Source: Spirochaetota bacterium
GTDB lineage: Bacteria > Spirochaetota > UBA4802 > UB4802
Length of the DNA: 64,000 bases
Assembly (NCBI GenBank): GCA_026414805.1
Contig: JAOAIH010000004.1
Location: 15,808-79,807 of the forward strand
Direction of reading: 5' to 3'
Positions 53,795 through 63,544 of the stretch are shown here, piece by piece. Made by a program: the position numbers and the translations under genes. Under the pieces are notes generated by a model. The model was not told where the DNA came from, did not search any database, and was given only the letters and a program-made list of their open reading frames with translations. How positions within the stretch are numbered: the first letter of the stretch is position 1; each line of letters opens with the position of its first letter.

Positions 53795-54177
53795 AGACTT
53801 CCAATCCCCCTTTCTATGGATTTAAAATTTTATATATAATTTTGTTACAATGTATGTACAATAGCTCATTGCATATTGATATTGATATTGTGAAGAATCA
53901 AAAGTTTTTAGAATTTATTATAACAGTATAAAAAAATTGCTTACTTGATATGTTGGTCCTTGACCAAAATATTCGGGGGAATATATTTGTCAATGATAAA
54001 TATATGTAGTATTACAAAAATTGTAATACTATAAGGCATTTAAAGTGTGCTGAAAAATGAAATGCTGGTATGACACTGACTAATAGCAGCATGTACCGTT
54101 GTACCGAGTTTAAAATAATGGACATTAAATAATAAACCTTGTCCAGATTAAAAAAGGATATTTTTTTAAATCAATAT

Positions 54178-54651
54178 TTACAAGCTCAGTTTCTCTTTCA
54201 AATCCAGCAATGTTAGTACGTGCTTACGTTCTTCATTGATTAGCCGCTCAAGAATGTCTTTTGACTTAGCATCATTGTGGTATATTTCCTTCAATTCCGA
54301 ATACCACACAATTGAATCCCGTTCGGCATCCATTGCTATCTTGATTATATCAAGTGGTTGCTGGAGTGTGGGTGCGATTTTGTCAATATCATCTTTGTTT
54401 GAAAATACTCTAGTTGTTCCAATAGCTTTAAGATATGAATAGTACTCTTCAGTAAACAAGCCCTGAGTATCTTTTAATTCCTTAAGCATCCCAGAAAACG
54501 CATCTTTATGTCGCAACTCTTCATCTGCAAGAAATTGAAAAATCTGTTTAAACGACTCATCTTTAAATTTATTTTTAAAAGTAGAATAAAAATAAAACCC
54601 TGTTTCTTCAATGCCAATTGCTATATCAATTAATTCTTTTGTTGAATACAT
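54178..54651 (-). CDS. Ferritin-like / rubrerythrin-family diiron-type domain protein
   Basis: 157 aa. Two E...EE..H-type helices (FLADEELRHKDAF and LINEERKHVLTL). Confidence 0.5.
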   Translation of the reverse strand: MYSTKELIDIAIGIEETGFYFYSTFKNKFKDESFKQIFQFLADEELRHKDAFSGMLKELKDTQGLFTEEYYSYLKAIGTTRVFSNKDDIDKIAPTLQQPLDIIKIAMDAERDSIVWYSELKEIYHNDAKSKDILERLINEERKHVLTLLDLKEKLSL

Positions 54652-54669
54652 GGATAGTCTCCTTTCTTT

Positions 54670-56133
54670 TTATGAAGAATAGTTTTTTACAAATTCATAT
54701 AATAATCTTACCCCAAATCCTGTGGCATTTTTTGGATTATAGCCACGCTTTTTTGAATACCACGCTGTGCCAGCTATATCAATATGAGCCCAAGGTGTAT
54801 TTTCAACAAAATTTTTTAGGAATATCGCTCCAATAATTGTGCCTGCGTTTCTAACAGGTGGGACATTAATGATATCAGCAATGTCGGATTTGATTTCTTC
54901 ATTGTATTCGGGATATAATGGCATGCGCCATATTTTTTCACCTGTAATGTCTGACGCTTTGGTGAGTACTTGAGATAAATTTTCATCATTTGTCAGATAC
55001 GCAGCTACTATCTCCCCAAAACTAACAATACAAGCTCCCGTGAGCGTTGCAATATCAACAATAGCTTTAGGTTTTAATTTTCTTTCAATAAAGGATAATG
55101 CATCAGCCAGTATAAGGCGCCCTTCAGCGTCCGTGTTGCCAATCTCAACGGTTTTGCCGTTGTACGCGGTAAACACATCACCTGGTTTATATGCAGTATG
55201 CGAAATCATATTTTCAGCAAGTGGTATTACTGCATACACATTCACTGGTAGCTTCATCTGGGCAATTGCATTAATTGCATAAATGCACGAAGCTGCGCCA
55301 GCCATATCGGTGCGCATTGTCTCAATATGTCCTGAAGGCTTTAAGTTAATACCGCCTGTATCAAAGGTTATACCTTTACCTGCAATAGCTATCGCATCTT
55401 TTTTTGGTGCTCCCCTATAGTGCATAACTATTAAATATGGTGGGTATTTGCTGCCCTGGCTGACAGCTAACAGCAGTCCCATTTTCATTTTTTCTATATC
55501 TTTTTTATTGAACACTGTACATTTTATCTTTGATTGTGTGGCAATTGTTTTTGCAATTTTGGCGATAGTTACTGGATTAGCATTTTCAGTGGTTTCGTTA
55601 ACTAAATCACGGCACAGTAAAGTGTTGTGGCATACAATCTCTACTTCTTTAAGAATTGGCAACAGCTGTGCGGGATTATCACACAGTAATATAGCCTTTT
55701 CTAATAATGGGTTTATTTCATCTTTTTTAGTTTTATAGCGATTAAATGCATAGTTTGAAAGATATAATCCTTCGGCAATGCATCGGCCACTATCTTTTAT
55801 ATTTATATTATCAGGAACAACAACATGAACTTCCAAAACTGATTTGTCCTGGCATGCACCAACTATAACACTTGCTGCGTTGCGCAAAGTTTCTTGTGTC
55901 ACATCTTTATGGCTACCCAGCCCAACAAGAAGAATTGAAGGCTTATCTTTCAACGCTGCAAAAAAATAGGTGCCCTGTTTTGCTTTAAAGTTTTTTGTGT
56001 TGATGAATGAAAAAACATCAGACAGCTGTTGAGGAATAAACGTATTGTTGGCAATCTGTTCTTGGGTACAAAGTAATGCAACAGTTGCAGATGGTAGTAC
56101 AACATCAAACTTTTTTGCCTGTAAAGTGAACAT
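54670..56133 (-). CDS. pepA: Leucyl aminopeptidase (M17 family)
   Basis: 487 aa. M17 signature NTDAEGRLILADAL and the conserved metal-binding region. Confidence 0.85.
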   Translation of the reverse strand: MFTLQAKKFDVVLPSATVALLCTQEQIANNTFIPQQLSDVFSFINTKNFKAKQGTYFFAALKDKPSILLVGLGSHKDVTQETLRNAASVIVGACQDKSVLEVHVVVPDNINIKDSGRCIAEGLYLSNYAFNRYKTKKDEINPLLEKAILLCDNPAQLLPILKEVEIVCHNTLLCRDLVNETTENANPVTIAKIAKTIATQSKIKCTVFNKKDIEKMKMGLLLAVSQGSKYPPYLIVMHYRGAPKKDAIAIAGKGITFDTGGINLKPSGHIETMRTDMAGAASCIYAINAIAQMKLPVNVYAVIPLAENMISHTAYKPGDVFTAYNGKTVEIGNTDAEGRLILADALSFIERKLKPKAIVDIATLTGACIVSFGEIVAAYLTNDENLSQVLTKASDITGEKIWRMPLYPEYNEEIKSDIADIINVPPVRNAGTIIGAIFLKNFVENTPWAHIDIAGTAWYSKKRGYNPKNATGFGVRLLYEFVKNYSS

Positions 56134-56145
56134 AGCTACACCTGT

Positions 56146-58233
56146 TTATACTACATCAAAATCTATGCGCATAAGGTCAGTGTCAACACTTTTTAACCTG
56201 ACTTTAATAATGTCACCAAGCCTGAAACGGCGTCCCAGACGTTTGCCTATTACCGTGTATTCATCTTCATTGACAAGGTAATAATCATCGGTAAGGAATT
56301 TCAACGGAACCATACCTTCTATTGGTTTGTCAAGCAAACTTACATAAAATCCAAATCGTGTTACTCCGCTTATAATGCCTTCAAATTCCTGGCCAACCTT
56401 ATCCTCAAGCAGTCTGCACCCTTTGAGTTTCAAGAGGTCACGTTCAGCTGATTGAGCCACACGTTCAAGTTTTGATGATTGCTCGCCTATTGCGGCCAAT
56501 TCCTCAGGCAAGTAGGGTGGCGGAGTGTTGTCAATTAATGATTTTATACAGCGGTGTACTATAAGATCAGGATAACGACGTATGGGCGAGGTAAAGTGCG
56601 TGTAATCTTTAAATCCCAGTCCAAAATGCCCAAGCGGAGTGGGGCCATAGTATGCCTGCATCAATGATTTTAACACTATGAAATTTACAACCTGCTGATA
56701 TTCTTTTTGTGCCACTGAATCAATTACCCTTTGCAGAGCAAGTCCAAGATTTTCTTCTTCTTTTAGAGTAATGCCTAATGTTTTAAGGAAGTTTTGCAAT
56801 GCTATAAATTTTTCTTCGGCAATTGGCTCGTGAACGCGATGCAGTGCTGGTATATCATGTTGGCGCAAGACACGAGATACAATTTCGTTGGCACTGAGCA
56901 TGAATTCTTCAATTATCATGTGACTTTCAAGGCGAGTAGCAAAGGCAATATCAGCAATTGAAGCGTTGTTGTCAAATATCATCTCTGCATCTGCAAGGTT
57001 TAAATCAACCCTGCCATTGGATAAGCGTTTAGCTTTAAGCTTAAATGCCAGATCCCTGGCATGAGAAAGCATTGTTTTGATTTTGCCTCGTTTTTTTGAA
57101 TTCAATATTTCTTGGGCCTGGGTGTAGGTTAACCGCTCATTAACGTTTATTATAGCACGGTGTATTGAATGTGTGCGATAGTTACCATGCACATCAAACT
57201 GCATCATAACCGAAAGTGTTAACCTATCAACACCTGCTTTCAGTGAGCACAGGTCATTAGATAACTTTTCAGGGAGCATTGGTATAACAGCATTGCCAAG
57301 ATAATAGCTGGTACCGCGGTTGTAAGCTTCCTTATCAATGGCATCATCTTTGTACACATATGCAGATACATCAGCGATATGGACATAAAGTGTATAAATG
57401 CCATTTTTATACTCAAGCGAAATAGCATCGTCAAAATCTTTAGCTGTTTCACCATCTATGGTTACTGTTACAAGCTTTCGGTAATCCTTACGGTTTTTAT
57501 GTTCATGTGGCTTAACATATTCTTCAATCTTTTCAAGATGTTTATATTCAGGGTGTACACCAGGCAGCGAGTGCTTGCTTACAATGCGCTGAATATCGTA
57601 TTGTTCCTCGTGGTGGATGATTGTATTAATGCTGCATTCTTGATAATTCTGTATAAAAGAATTTTTAACAGTAACTATCGCCAAACTTTTTGGTTTTATA
57701 TTTTCTTTTGTGATGACCTGGATATTGCCAGGAACATCAAGAAGCTGCAAAATGCTGAATTTCCCATTAGGTTTAATGCAGCGTGCAAAAAACATCTGTT
57801 TATTTGGAGATACAATTTCGGTAACCCTGCCAAACAATGTGCCATGCCGTATATCAGTTAGCTGTACTTTCACTTGGTCCTTATTGCGTGCATGGTTTAC
57901 ATCTTCACGGAAAATGTGCACTTCAATATCGTCATTTATATATACCACACCGTGGCCTTTTTTATTATGAATAAAAGTGCCAGTAAAAGTAAAAGGCTGA
58001 GCAATTTTAAATTTACCCTTTTGCTTTGTCAGAAAACCATAGTGGAAAAGAGTGGCAATAGTGTTTTGTACACGGTTGGCAGTTTTCTGAGTTTCTCGTT
58101 GTGTGGTTTTGCTTTTTTTTGGTTTTTTACTTTTTGTCTTTGTGAGCAATACTGTGGCTACAATATCCTGAGGTGTAAAATAACCTTTTTGTTTTTCAAT
58201 TGTTTGTAAAATACGCGATGATGTTTTAGACAT
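56146..58233 (-). CDS. rnr: Ribonuclease R (RNB family, with a C-terminal S1 domain)
   Basis: 695 aa. Cold-shock/OB domains and an RNB catalytic domain (DFDDAISLE...). Confidence 0.85.
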   Translation of the reverse strand: MSKTSSRILQTIEKQKGYFTPQDIVATVLLTKTKSKKPKKSKTTQRETQKTANRVQNTIATLFHYGFLTKQKGKFKIAQPFTFTGTFIHNKKGHGVVYINDDIEVHIFREDVNHARNKDQVKVQLTDIRHGTLFGRVTEIVSPNKQMFFARCIKPNGKFSILQLLDVPGNIQVITKENIKPKSLAIVTVKNSFIQNYQECSINTIIHHEEQYDIQRIVSKHSLPGVHPEYKHLEKIEEYVKPHEHKNRKDYRKLVTVTIDGETAKDFDDAISLEYKNGIYTLYVHIADVSAYVYKDDAIDKEAYNRGTSYYLGNAVIPMLPEKLSNDLCSLKAGVDRLTLSVMMQFDVHGNYRTHSIHRAIINVNERLTYTQAQEILNSKKRGKIKTMLSHARDLAFKLKAKRLSNGRVDLNLADAEMIFDNNASIADIAFATRLESHMIIEEFMLSANEIVSRVLRQHDIPALHRVHEPIAEEKFIALQNFLKTLGITLKEEENLGLALQRVIDSVAQKEYQQVVNFIVLKSLMQAYYGPTPLGHFGLGFKDYTHFTSPIRRYPDLIVHRCIKSLIDNTPPPYLPEELAAIGEQSSKLERVAQSAERDLLKLKGCRLLEDKVGQEFEGIISGVTRFGFYVSLLDKPIEGMVPLKFLTDDYYLVNEDEYTVIGKRLGRRFRLGDIIKVRLKSVDTDLMRIDFDVV

Positions 58234-58246
58234 GGTATGTTAAGCT

Positions 58247-58564
58247 TTAATATCGATTATGTTTGGATTCATAAAGTTCTTTAATTTTTTTAATTTCGTT
58301 TTGTTTTTCCTGTATTTTTGCTTTATAATCATTAATGGTGGCGACAGCTCCGGAAATAAACTCATCTGTGTTAGATAAAAGTTTGCCACTTGACACTGAG
58401 TCATACACATACTTGCCTGTATTTAAATATATCTCTTTAATGGAATGTTCCAACTTTTTTATCTCCATTGTAATTCGTGCTATTTGAGCCAGTTCTTCGG
58501 TTTTATCTAAAAATCGTTCGCTGAAATTGAGCAATGATTCGCCAGCATCTTTAAGAAATCCCAT
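58247..58564 (-). CDS. Hypothetical coiled-coil protein
   Basis: 105-aa ORF directly downstream of rnr on the same strand. Confidence 0.4.
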   Translation of the reverse strand: MGFLKDAGESLLNFSERFLDKTEELAQIARITMEIKKLEHSIKEIYLNTGKYVYDSVSSGKLLSNTDEFISGAVATINDYKAKIQEKQNEIKKIKELYESKHNRY

Positions 58565-58633
58565 GTTTACCCTCGGATATTAAAGATAATAAAGTTTAAA
58601 TATAAATAAATATTAAAATAAAGTCAATATCTT

Positions 58634-59959
58634 TTAAAATGCAATTGATTCTCCAATGTAAATGCTTATACGGTGTGTATAGTGGTGTACTATGGGGTCA
58701 GAGCCAGAAGAAACCGTATAGAATCTAAAACCACGAATATCGCCTATCCCCAACTGATACGATACTCCAATGGTTGTCCACATGCTTTTTGCTTTTATTG
58801 TATCGTTTTGTAAGGGATTTAAATCATTGCCAAACGAAAAGCTTAATGTTGCTCCATAGTAGTCATTTTTTTCATCATTTTCGGAAGTCTGTGTTACTGT
58901 ATTTTTTTGGCTGAAGTCAGTAAAAAAGCCGGTTCTTACTATTACATCATCATGTATATATATTTCCAAACCAACTTTGCCATTTAAGACTTTTTTTGGA
59001 TAATCTGGATTTGTATAGTGCATGATCCCTTCACATGTAAATGACCATTTACCTTCACGTGTGTATCCATAACCCAGTGAGATATATGCAGGAACTATCT
59101 TAAAGCGAAAATTATCTTCTACTGTTGTACTTTCAGAACTGTTGGAAGGAAAGATGGGGCCAACCTGTTGAGTTGTCATCTTTTCTTTTCTTGATGCGTA
59201 TACTCTGTATACAGGCGAACGGTAGTATGCACCAAGATGATGATGGGGAGTCAACAAATATTGCATACCAACACCACCAAATGAAGTCATTGCAGTTAGC
59301 TCATTATCAATAATCATTGCAATTTCACTTTGATTAGTTCCACCGGGGTCAAGATATGCAGAAATATTTGCCCCACCTTTGCCTTGAAAATACCCTAATG
59401 CTGCTGTTAATCCTGCATTGAGATTATTGCTGATTTTTAAACCATATCCTGCTATGCCATAGTATGCTTTCGTGTTGATTCTATACGTAGCATTAAGATC
59501 AACATTCATGACACTACCAGTTGCTCTCCCTGCTATAGTAGCCTGAATTGCATCCTGCATTGGAACAAACAATCCGTATGCAATAACATCATTGCCTATC
59601 CAATTAACTCTGCGTGCATATGCAACGCTTGTAGGAATAACTGAAATATCAGTTTCTTTCAAGTCTAGGCTTTGATATTTGCCTGCTTGCTCTTCAATTT
59701 GCCAGTATTGTGGTGAGTTGCGTGTTAAGTAGCTATACGTATTAACCGAAAGATTTAATTTACTATCAATAATGTTGGCTAAACCTGCAGGGTTATACCA
59801 TAACGCAGCTCCGTCATTAGCTAATGCACAATATGCACCACCAAGCCCGGCTGCTCTTTCGCCAATTAAATGCTGGTAATTGTTGTAGTTTTCAAGAAAA
59901 CAGAAGCCATTGGAATATATAAAAATCACTACCAATGTAGCAGTAATTTTTTGTAACAT
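58634..59959 (-). CDS. Outer-membrane beta-barrel protein, FadL/TodX-like
   Basis: 441 aa. Signal peptide. N-terminal hatch motif AAGLGGAYCALANDGAALWYNPAGLA. C-terminal ...IGESIAF ending in Phe. Confidence 0.7.
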   Translation of the reverse strand: MLQKITATLVVIFIYSNGFCFLENYNNYQHLIGERAAGLGGAYCALANDGAALWYNPAGLANIIDSKLNLSVNTYSYLTRNSPQYWQIEEQAGKYQSLDLKETDISVIPTSVAYARRVNWIGNDVIAYGLFVPMQDAIQATIAGRATGSVMNVDLNATYRINTKAYYGIAGYGLKISNNLNAGLTAALGYFQGKGGANISAYLDPGGTNQSEIAMIIDNELTAMTSFGGVGMQYLLTPHHHLGAYYRSPVYRVYASRKEKMTTQQVGPIFPSNSSESTTVEDNFRFKIVPAYISLGYGYTREGKWSFTCEGIMHYTNPDYPKKVLNGKVGLEIYIHDDVIVRTGFFTDFSQKNTVTQTSENDEKNDYYGATLSFSFGNDLNPLQNDTIKAKSMWTTIGVSYQLGIGDIRGFRFYTVSSGSDPIVHHYTHRISIYIGESIAF

Positions 59960-60081
59960 TGCAAACCTCCAGAATATTTGGATGTATTTATTTTTTTACA
60001 ATATAATCCCAAACGGGGTATATAAAAAGAGAAAAAGTATAAAATATAAAAATATCTTGACAAAATAAGTATGAAAAAATT

Positions 60082-60095
60082 ATTATCAGAATAAT
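60082..60095. promoter_or_regulatory. Palindromic operator-like site ATTATCAGAATAAT upstream of the AbrB-like gene
   Basis: Inverted repeat with 5-bp arms. It closely resembles the 15-bp palindrome downstream at 60527-60541. Confidence 0.35.
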
Positions 60096-60101
60096 CAGTA
60101 A

Positions 60102-60386
60102 ATGCAGAAATATCAGAAAAACAAGAGTAATCATATGAATACATCAGAATGTTGCACTTCATCCACATGTTCAATTGAGGCGATAGTGACTGTTGATGAA
60201 CGTGGACAGGTAGTATTGCCGAAAGAATTGCGAGATAAATTTGGGGTCAAAGCAGGAGATAAATTTATTGTGGCATCGTTGATGAACGATGCTTCGTTGT
60301 GTTGCATCGCCTTAATTAAAGCCGATTCTTTAAATTCAGTTATAGTTGAGCAGATAGCTCCTGTAGTAAGTGGAGTGCGAAAATAA
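60102..60386 (+). CDS. AbrB/MazE-like (SpoVT_AbrB swapped-hairpin) protein with vicinal-cysteine clusters
   Basis: 94 aa (or 83 aa from the internal Met). AbrB-like core AIVTVDERGQVVLPKELRDKFGVKAGDKFIV. Cysteine clusters CCTSSTC and LCC. Confidence 0.6.
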   Translation: MQKYQKNKSNHMNTSECCTSSTCSIEAIVTVDERGQVVLPKELRDKFGVKAGDKFIVASLMNDASLCCIALIKADSLNSVIVEQIAPVVSGVRK

Positions 60387-60526
60387 TATGTGTCAAACTG
60401 TTTGGTTACCGCTCTAATACGTAAATGCGAAGAAAATAGTCTTGGATGAGATGATAAAGCATACGGTGATGAAGAATCTATTTTTAGGTTTGAGATTCTT
60501 CGCTTTGCTCAGAATGACATATGCTT

Positions 60527-60541
60527 ATTATTCAGAATAAT
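60527..60541. promoter_or_regulatory. Perfect 15-bp palindrome ATTATTCAGAATAAT, followed by a direct-repeat half-site, upstream of arsM
   Basis: Read directly from the sequence. The next 20 bp contain ATTATTATTCACAAT, a direct repeat of the half-site. Confidence 0.4.
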
Positions 60542-60664
60542 ACATGATTATTATTCACAATGGCATTGATAGCTGATTTAGTATGATATTTGCAATACAT
60601 TTGAAATGGCAAACTAAGTTTATATTTTCAAAATGTGTTATCATCATTTTTTAGGAAAAATACT

Positions 60665-61456
60665 ATGGAATCAAATGAAAAAATTAAAAAGATAGTAAAA
60701 CAAAATTATGGCAGTATAGCATTACTAAAAACTTCCTGTTGTTCAGGGAGTAGTTGCTGTACCCCAGCTGACGTAGCAACAAAAATTGGCTATAGTGAAA
60801 ATGAATTAGCTGAACTTGATTCAGCTAATTTGGGGTTGGGATGCGGCAATCCAAATGCAATAGCTACTCTTAAAGAAGGTGAGGTGGTGCTTGATCTTGG
60901 CAGTGGTGCGGGTATTGATTGTTTTCTAGCATCACGAAAAGTTGGTTCAACAGGGAAAGTTATTGGAATTGATATGACACCGGAAATGATTGCACTTGCT
61001 AAAGAGAATGCACAAAAATTAAATATTACCAATGTTGAATTTATTTTAGGTGATATAGAAGACCTGCCAGTTGAAAATGATTCGATTGATGTAATACTAT
61101 CCAATTGTGTTATAAATTTGGCTCCGGACAAAGAAAAAGTATTTAATGAAGCATACAGAGTATTAAAGAATCATGGAAGGCTTGTAGTATCAGATATAGT
61201 GCTGGAAGGTACGCTTCCTAATCAAATAAAAAATTCAATTGATGCGTATGTAAGCTGCATTGCAGGTGCAATCCAAAAAGAGGAGTATATTTCATTACTG
61301 TATAAAGCTGGATTTACTCATGTTGAAATTGTAAAAGAATATAGTTATAGCACTATATTTGAAAATGAAGAATTGTGTAGTCATAACGTATCTAATACAG
61401 ATTATGCAAAGTATAAAGATGTTGTGAAAAGTATAAGTATAATTGCATGGAAATAG
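60665..61456 (+). CDS. arsM: Arsenite S-adenosylmethionine methyltransferase ArsM
   Basis: N-terminal cysteine pairs (CCSGSSCC), SAM-methyltransferase motif VLDLGSGAGID and the conserved NCVINL cysteine. Start placed at MESNEKIKK (the track ORF begins at 60635). Confidence 0.85.
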   Translation: MESNEKIKKIVKQNYGSIALLKTSCCSGSSCCTPADVATKIGYSENELAELDSANLGLGCGNPNAIATLKEGEVVLDLGSGAGIDCFLASRKVGSTGKVIGIDMTPEMIALAKENAQKLNITNVEFILGDIEDLPVENDSIDVILSNCVINLAPDKEKVFNEAYRVLKNHGRLVVSDIVLEGTLPNQIKNSIDAYVSCIAGAIQKEEYISLLYKAGFTHVEIVKEYSYSTIFENEELCSHNVSNTDYAKYKDVVKSISIIAWK

Positions 61457-61545
61457 AAAAATAATAAATTTCCTTGATTTTTAACTATAAGCTTAATTAA
61501 ATACCAATTTATTGACTAAATATATACATATAAGGTGGCACGCCA

Positions 61546-62913
61546 ATGAAAGAAGGATATGTAGTCCCTACTATTGAAAAAATAGCATATGGCCTTGGGG
61601 ATCTAGCAATTAATATTGCCTATACTACTATCGGCTTTTATTTTTTGTTCTTTTTGGTTAATGTTGCAGGATTACCTCCACAGTGGGCTGGAATTATTTT
61701 CTTTTTAGCCCGTGCATGGGATGCAATAACCGACCCGCTTATGGGAATGATATCTGACCGTACTGTATCCAAATATGGAAGGCGAAGGGTCTATTTTTTG
61801 TTTGGCTGCATTCCGTTTGGAATAATGTTTATGCTAATCTGGCTGGTACCTTCATTTAACCATCTTATGATGTTTGGATATTATACTGCAATAGCAATCC
61901 TGTTTAATACTGCGTTCACAGTGGTGGCTGTTCCCTATAATGCCCTGATGCCGGAGCTATCGCAAAACTATGACGAACGTACAAGTATATCCGGGTATCG
62001 TATGTCACTTTCATTTGTTGGCAATCTTGTTGCTGCTGTTGGAGTATCTGTAATTGTTGATGTTGTCTTCAAAGGCAAAGAACAGTATACTACAAGCTAT
62101 CCTGTTATGGGTGTTGTTTTTGGTATCATTATCATTATTTTAATTTTCATCACCTTTGTGGGAACAAAGGAACGTGTCAAGTCACAAGCGTTACTCCATG
62201 AAGGGCTTTTCAAGACATTTAAAGCTGTATTGAGTTTACGGGAATTCAGGATACTGCTGGGAATGTTTTTATTCAATATGATTGGGTTTGACCTTATACA
62301 AGCATTATTTATATTCTTTTTAAAAGATGTCATTTTAATTTCTGAAGATATGACATTCGTTGTAATGGGCATTCCGCTTATTATTGCGGTGATGTCAGCT
62401 CCACTGTGGATTTATGTTTCAGATAAATTAGATAAACGCAGGGCATATATAGTTGCTGCAGTGTATTTTACGCTATCGCTATTGTTATGCCTGATAGCTC
62501 CGGTAGGGAGTCTTTGGTTTGTAATAGCAATTGGTGTGCTGGCAGGAGTAGGCATTTCAGCATCACAGATTATTCCATTTTCCATGATTCCTGATGTCAT
62601 TGAATATGATGAATACAAAAACGGCGTACGTCGGGAAGGAGCTTTTTATGGCATTACTACTTTTTTGTATAAAGTGGCATCAGCGTCAGCAATTGCGGTT
62701 GCATCAGCAATACTGGGTTATTTTGGCTACATTGAAAACAGTATAGCAGCGCAGCCACAATCTGCAATTCACGCTATTCGCTATATGATGGCGTTTGCAC
62801 CGGGTATATGTTTTTTGGTTTCAGTGTATTTTGTTTCAATTCTTCCTATTACTAGGGAGGGGTTTGATGAAATAAAAAGAGCACTGGAGCAACGAAAAAC
62901 AGGTTCCATATAA
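61546..62913 (+). CDS. MFS transporter, glycoside-pentoside-hexuronide (GPH) cation-symporter family
   Basis: 455 aa, about 12 transmembrane helices. MelB/GPH-type N-terminal pattern (GLGDLAINIAYTTIGFYFLFF...). Confidence 0.75.
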   Translation: MKEGYVVPTIEKIAYGLGDLAINIAYTTIGFYFLFFLVNVAGLPPQWAGIIFFLARAWDAITDPLMGMISDRTVSKYGRRRVYFLFGCIPFGIMFMLIWLVPSFNHLMMFGYYTAIAILFNTAFTVVAVPYNALMPELSQNYDERTSISGYRMSLSFVGNLVAAVGVSVIVDVVFKGKEQYTTSYPVMGVVFGIIIIILIFITFVGTKERVKSQALLHEGLFKTFKAVLSLREFRILLGMFLFNMIGFDLIQALFIFFLKDVILISEDMTFVVMGIPLIIAVMSAPLWIYVSDKLDKRRAYIVAAVYFTLSLLLCLIAPVGSLWFVIAIGVLAGVGISASQIIPFSMIPDVIEYDEYKNGVRREGAFYGITTFLYKVASASAIAVASAILGYFGYIENSIAAQPQSAIHAIRYMMAFAPGICFLVSVYFVSILPITREGFDEIKRALEQRKTGSI

Positions 62914-63000
62914 ATTAATTAAGGCCAGAATGGCCAAAAGCATATTGCCGGTCAAAATCAAAGTGACAGTGGTGAAATTCAATAAATGAGAGGAAATTGT

Positions 63001-63531
63001 ATGAGATATTCAGCAATATTGATATCAGTAATTGTATTAAATATAGTACTGTTATCGGGTTGTGCCCGTAAAGAAAAGGGAAGGTATTATAATGATGAAT
63101 ATGGTTTTTCGATCGTTTTTCCAAAATATTGGGAAATCCAGCAAAAGGAAATGGGTGCAGTGGTGATTGCGTTAAGCCCTGAAGAAGGGAGCAAGGATGA
63201 TTTCAGGGAAAATGTTGCCATAACTGTAGAAAATATGACAGACAATGTAACACTGGAACAATATTTTGAGCTATCGCAAAAAAATCTTAAAAATTATTCA
63301 AAAGATTACAAGCTATTGTATAAAAATACTACCTGGCTTGCTAAAAAACCTGCCATGATTTTAGGTTTTACATACTCAATGAGTGGTCTCAAATTGAAGG
63401 TGTTACAGTATTATTGCCTCAATAACAGTAAAGCATATGTAATAACCTGTACAGCACTGCCGCATTCATTTGGCCGTTATGAAGAATCATTTTTAAAGAT
63501 AGTGAGGTCTTTTCGTTTTGAAAAGAAATAA
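63001..63531 (+). CDS. Hypothetical lipoprotein
   Basis: Signal peptide with lipobox MRYSAILISVIVLNIVLLSGC. About 176 aa. Confidence 0.6.
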   Translation: MRYSAILISVIVLNIVLLSGCARKEKGRYYNDEYGFSIVFPKYWEIQQKEMGAVVIALSPEEGSKDDFRENVAITVENMTDNVTLEQYFELSQKNLKNYSKDYKLLYKNTTWLAKKPAMILGFTYSMSGLKLKVLQYYCLNNSKAYVITCTALPHSFGRYEESFLKIVRSFRFEKK

Positions 63532-63544
63532 TGTAAACATCACA

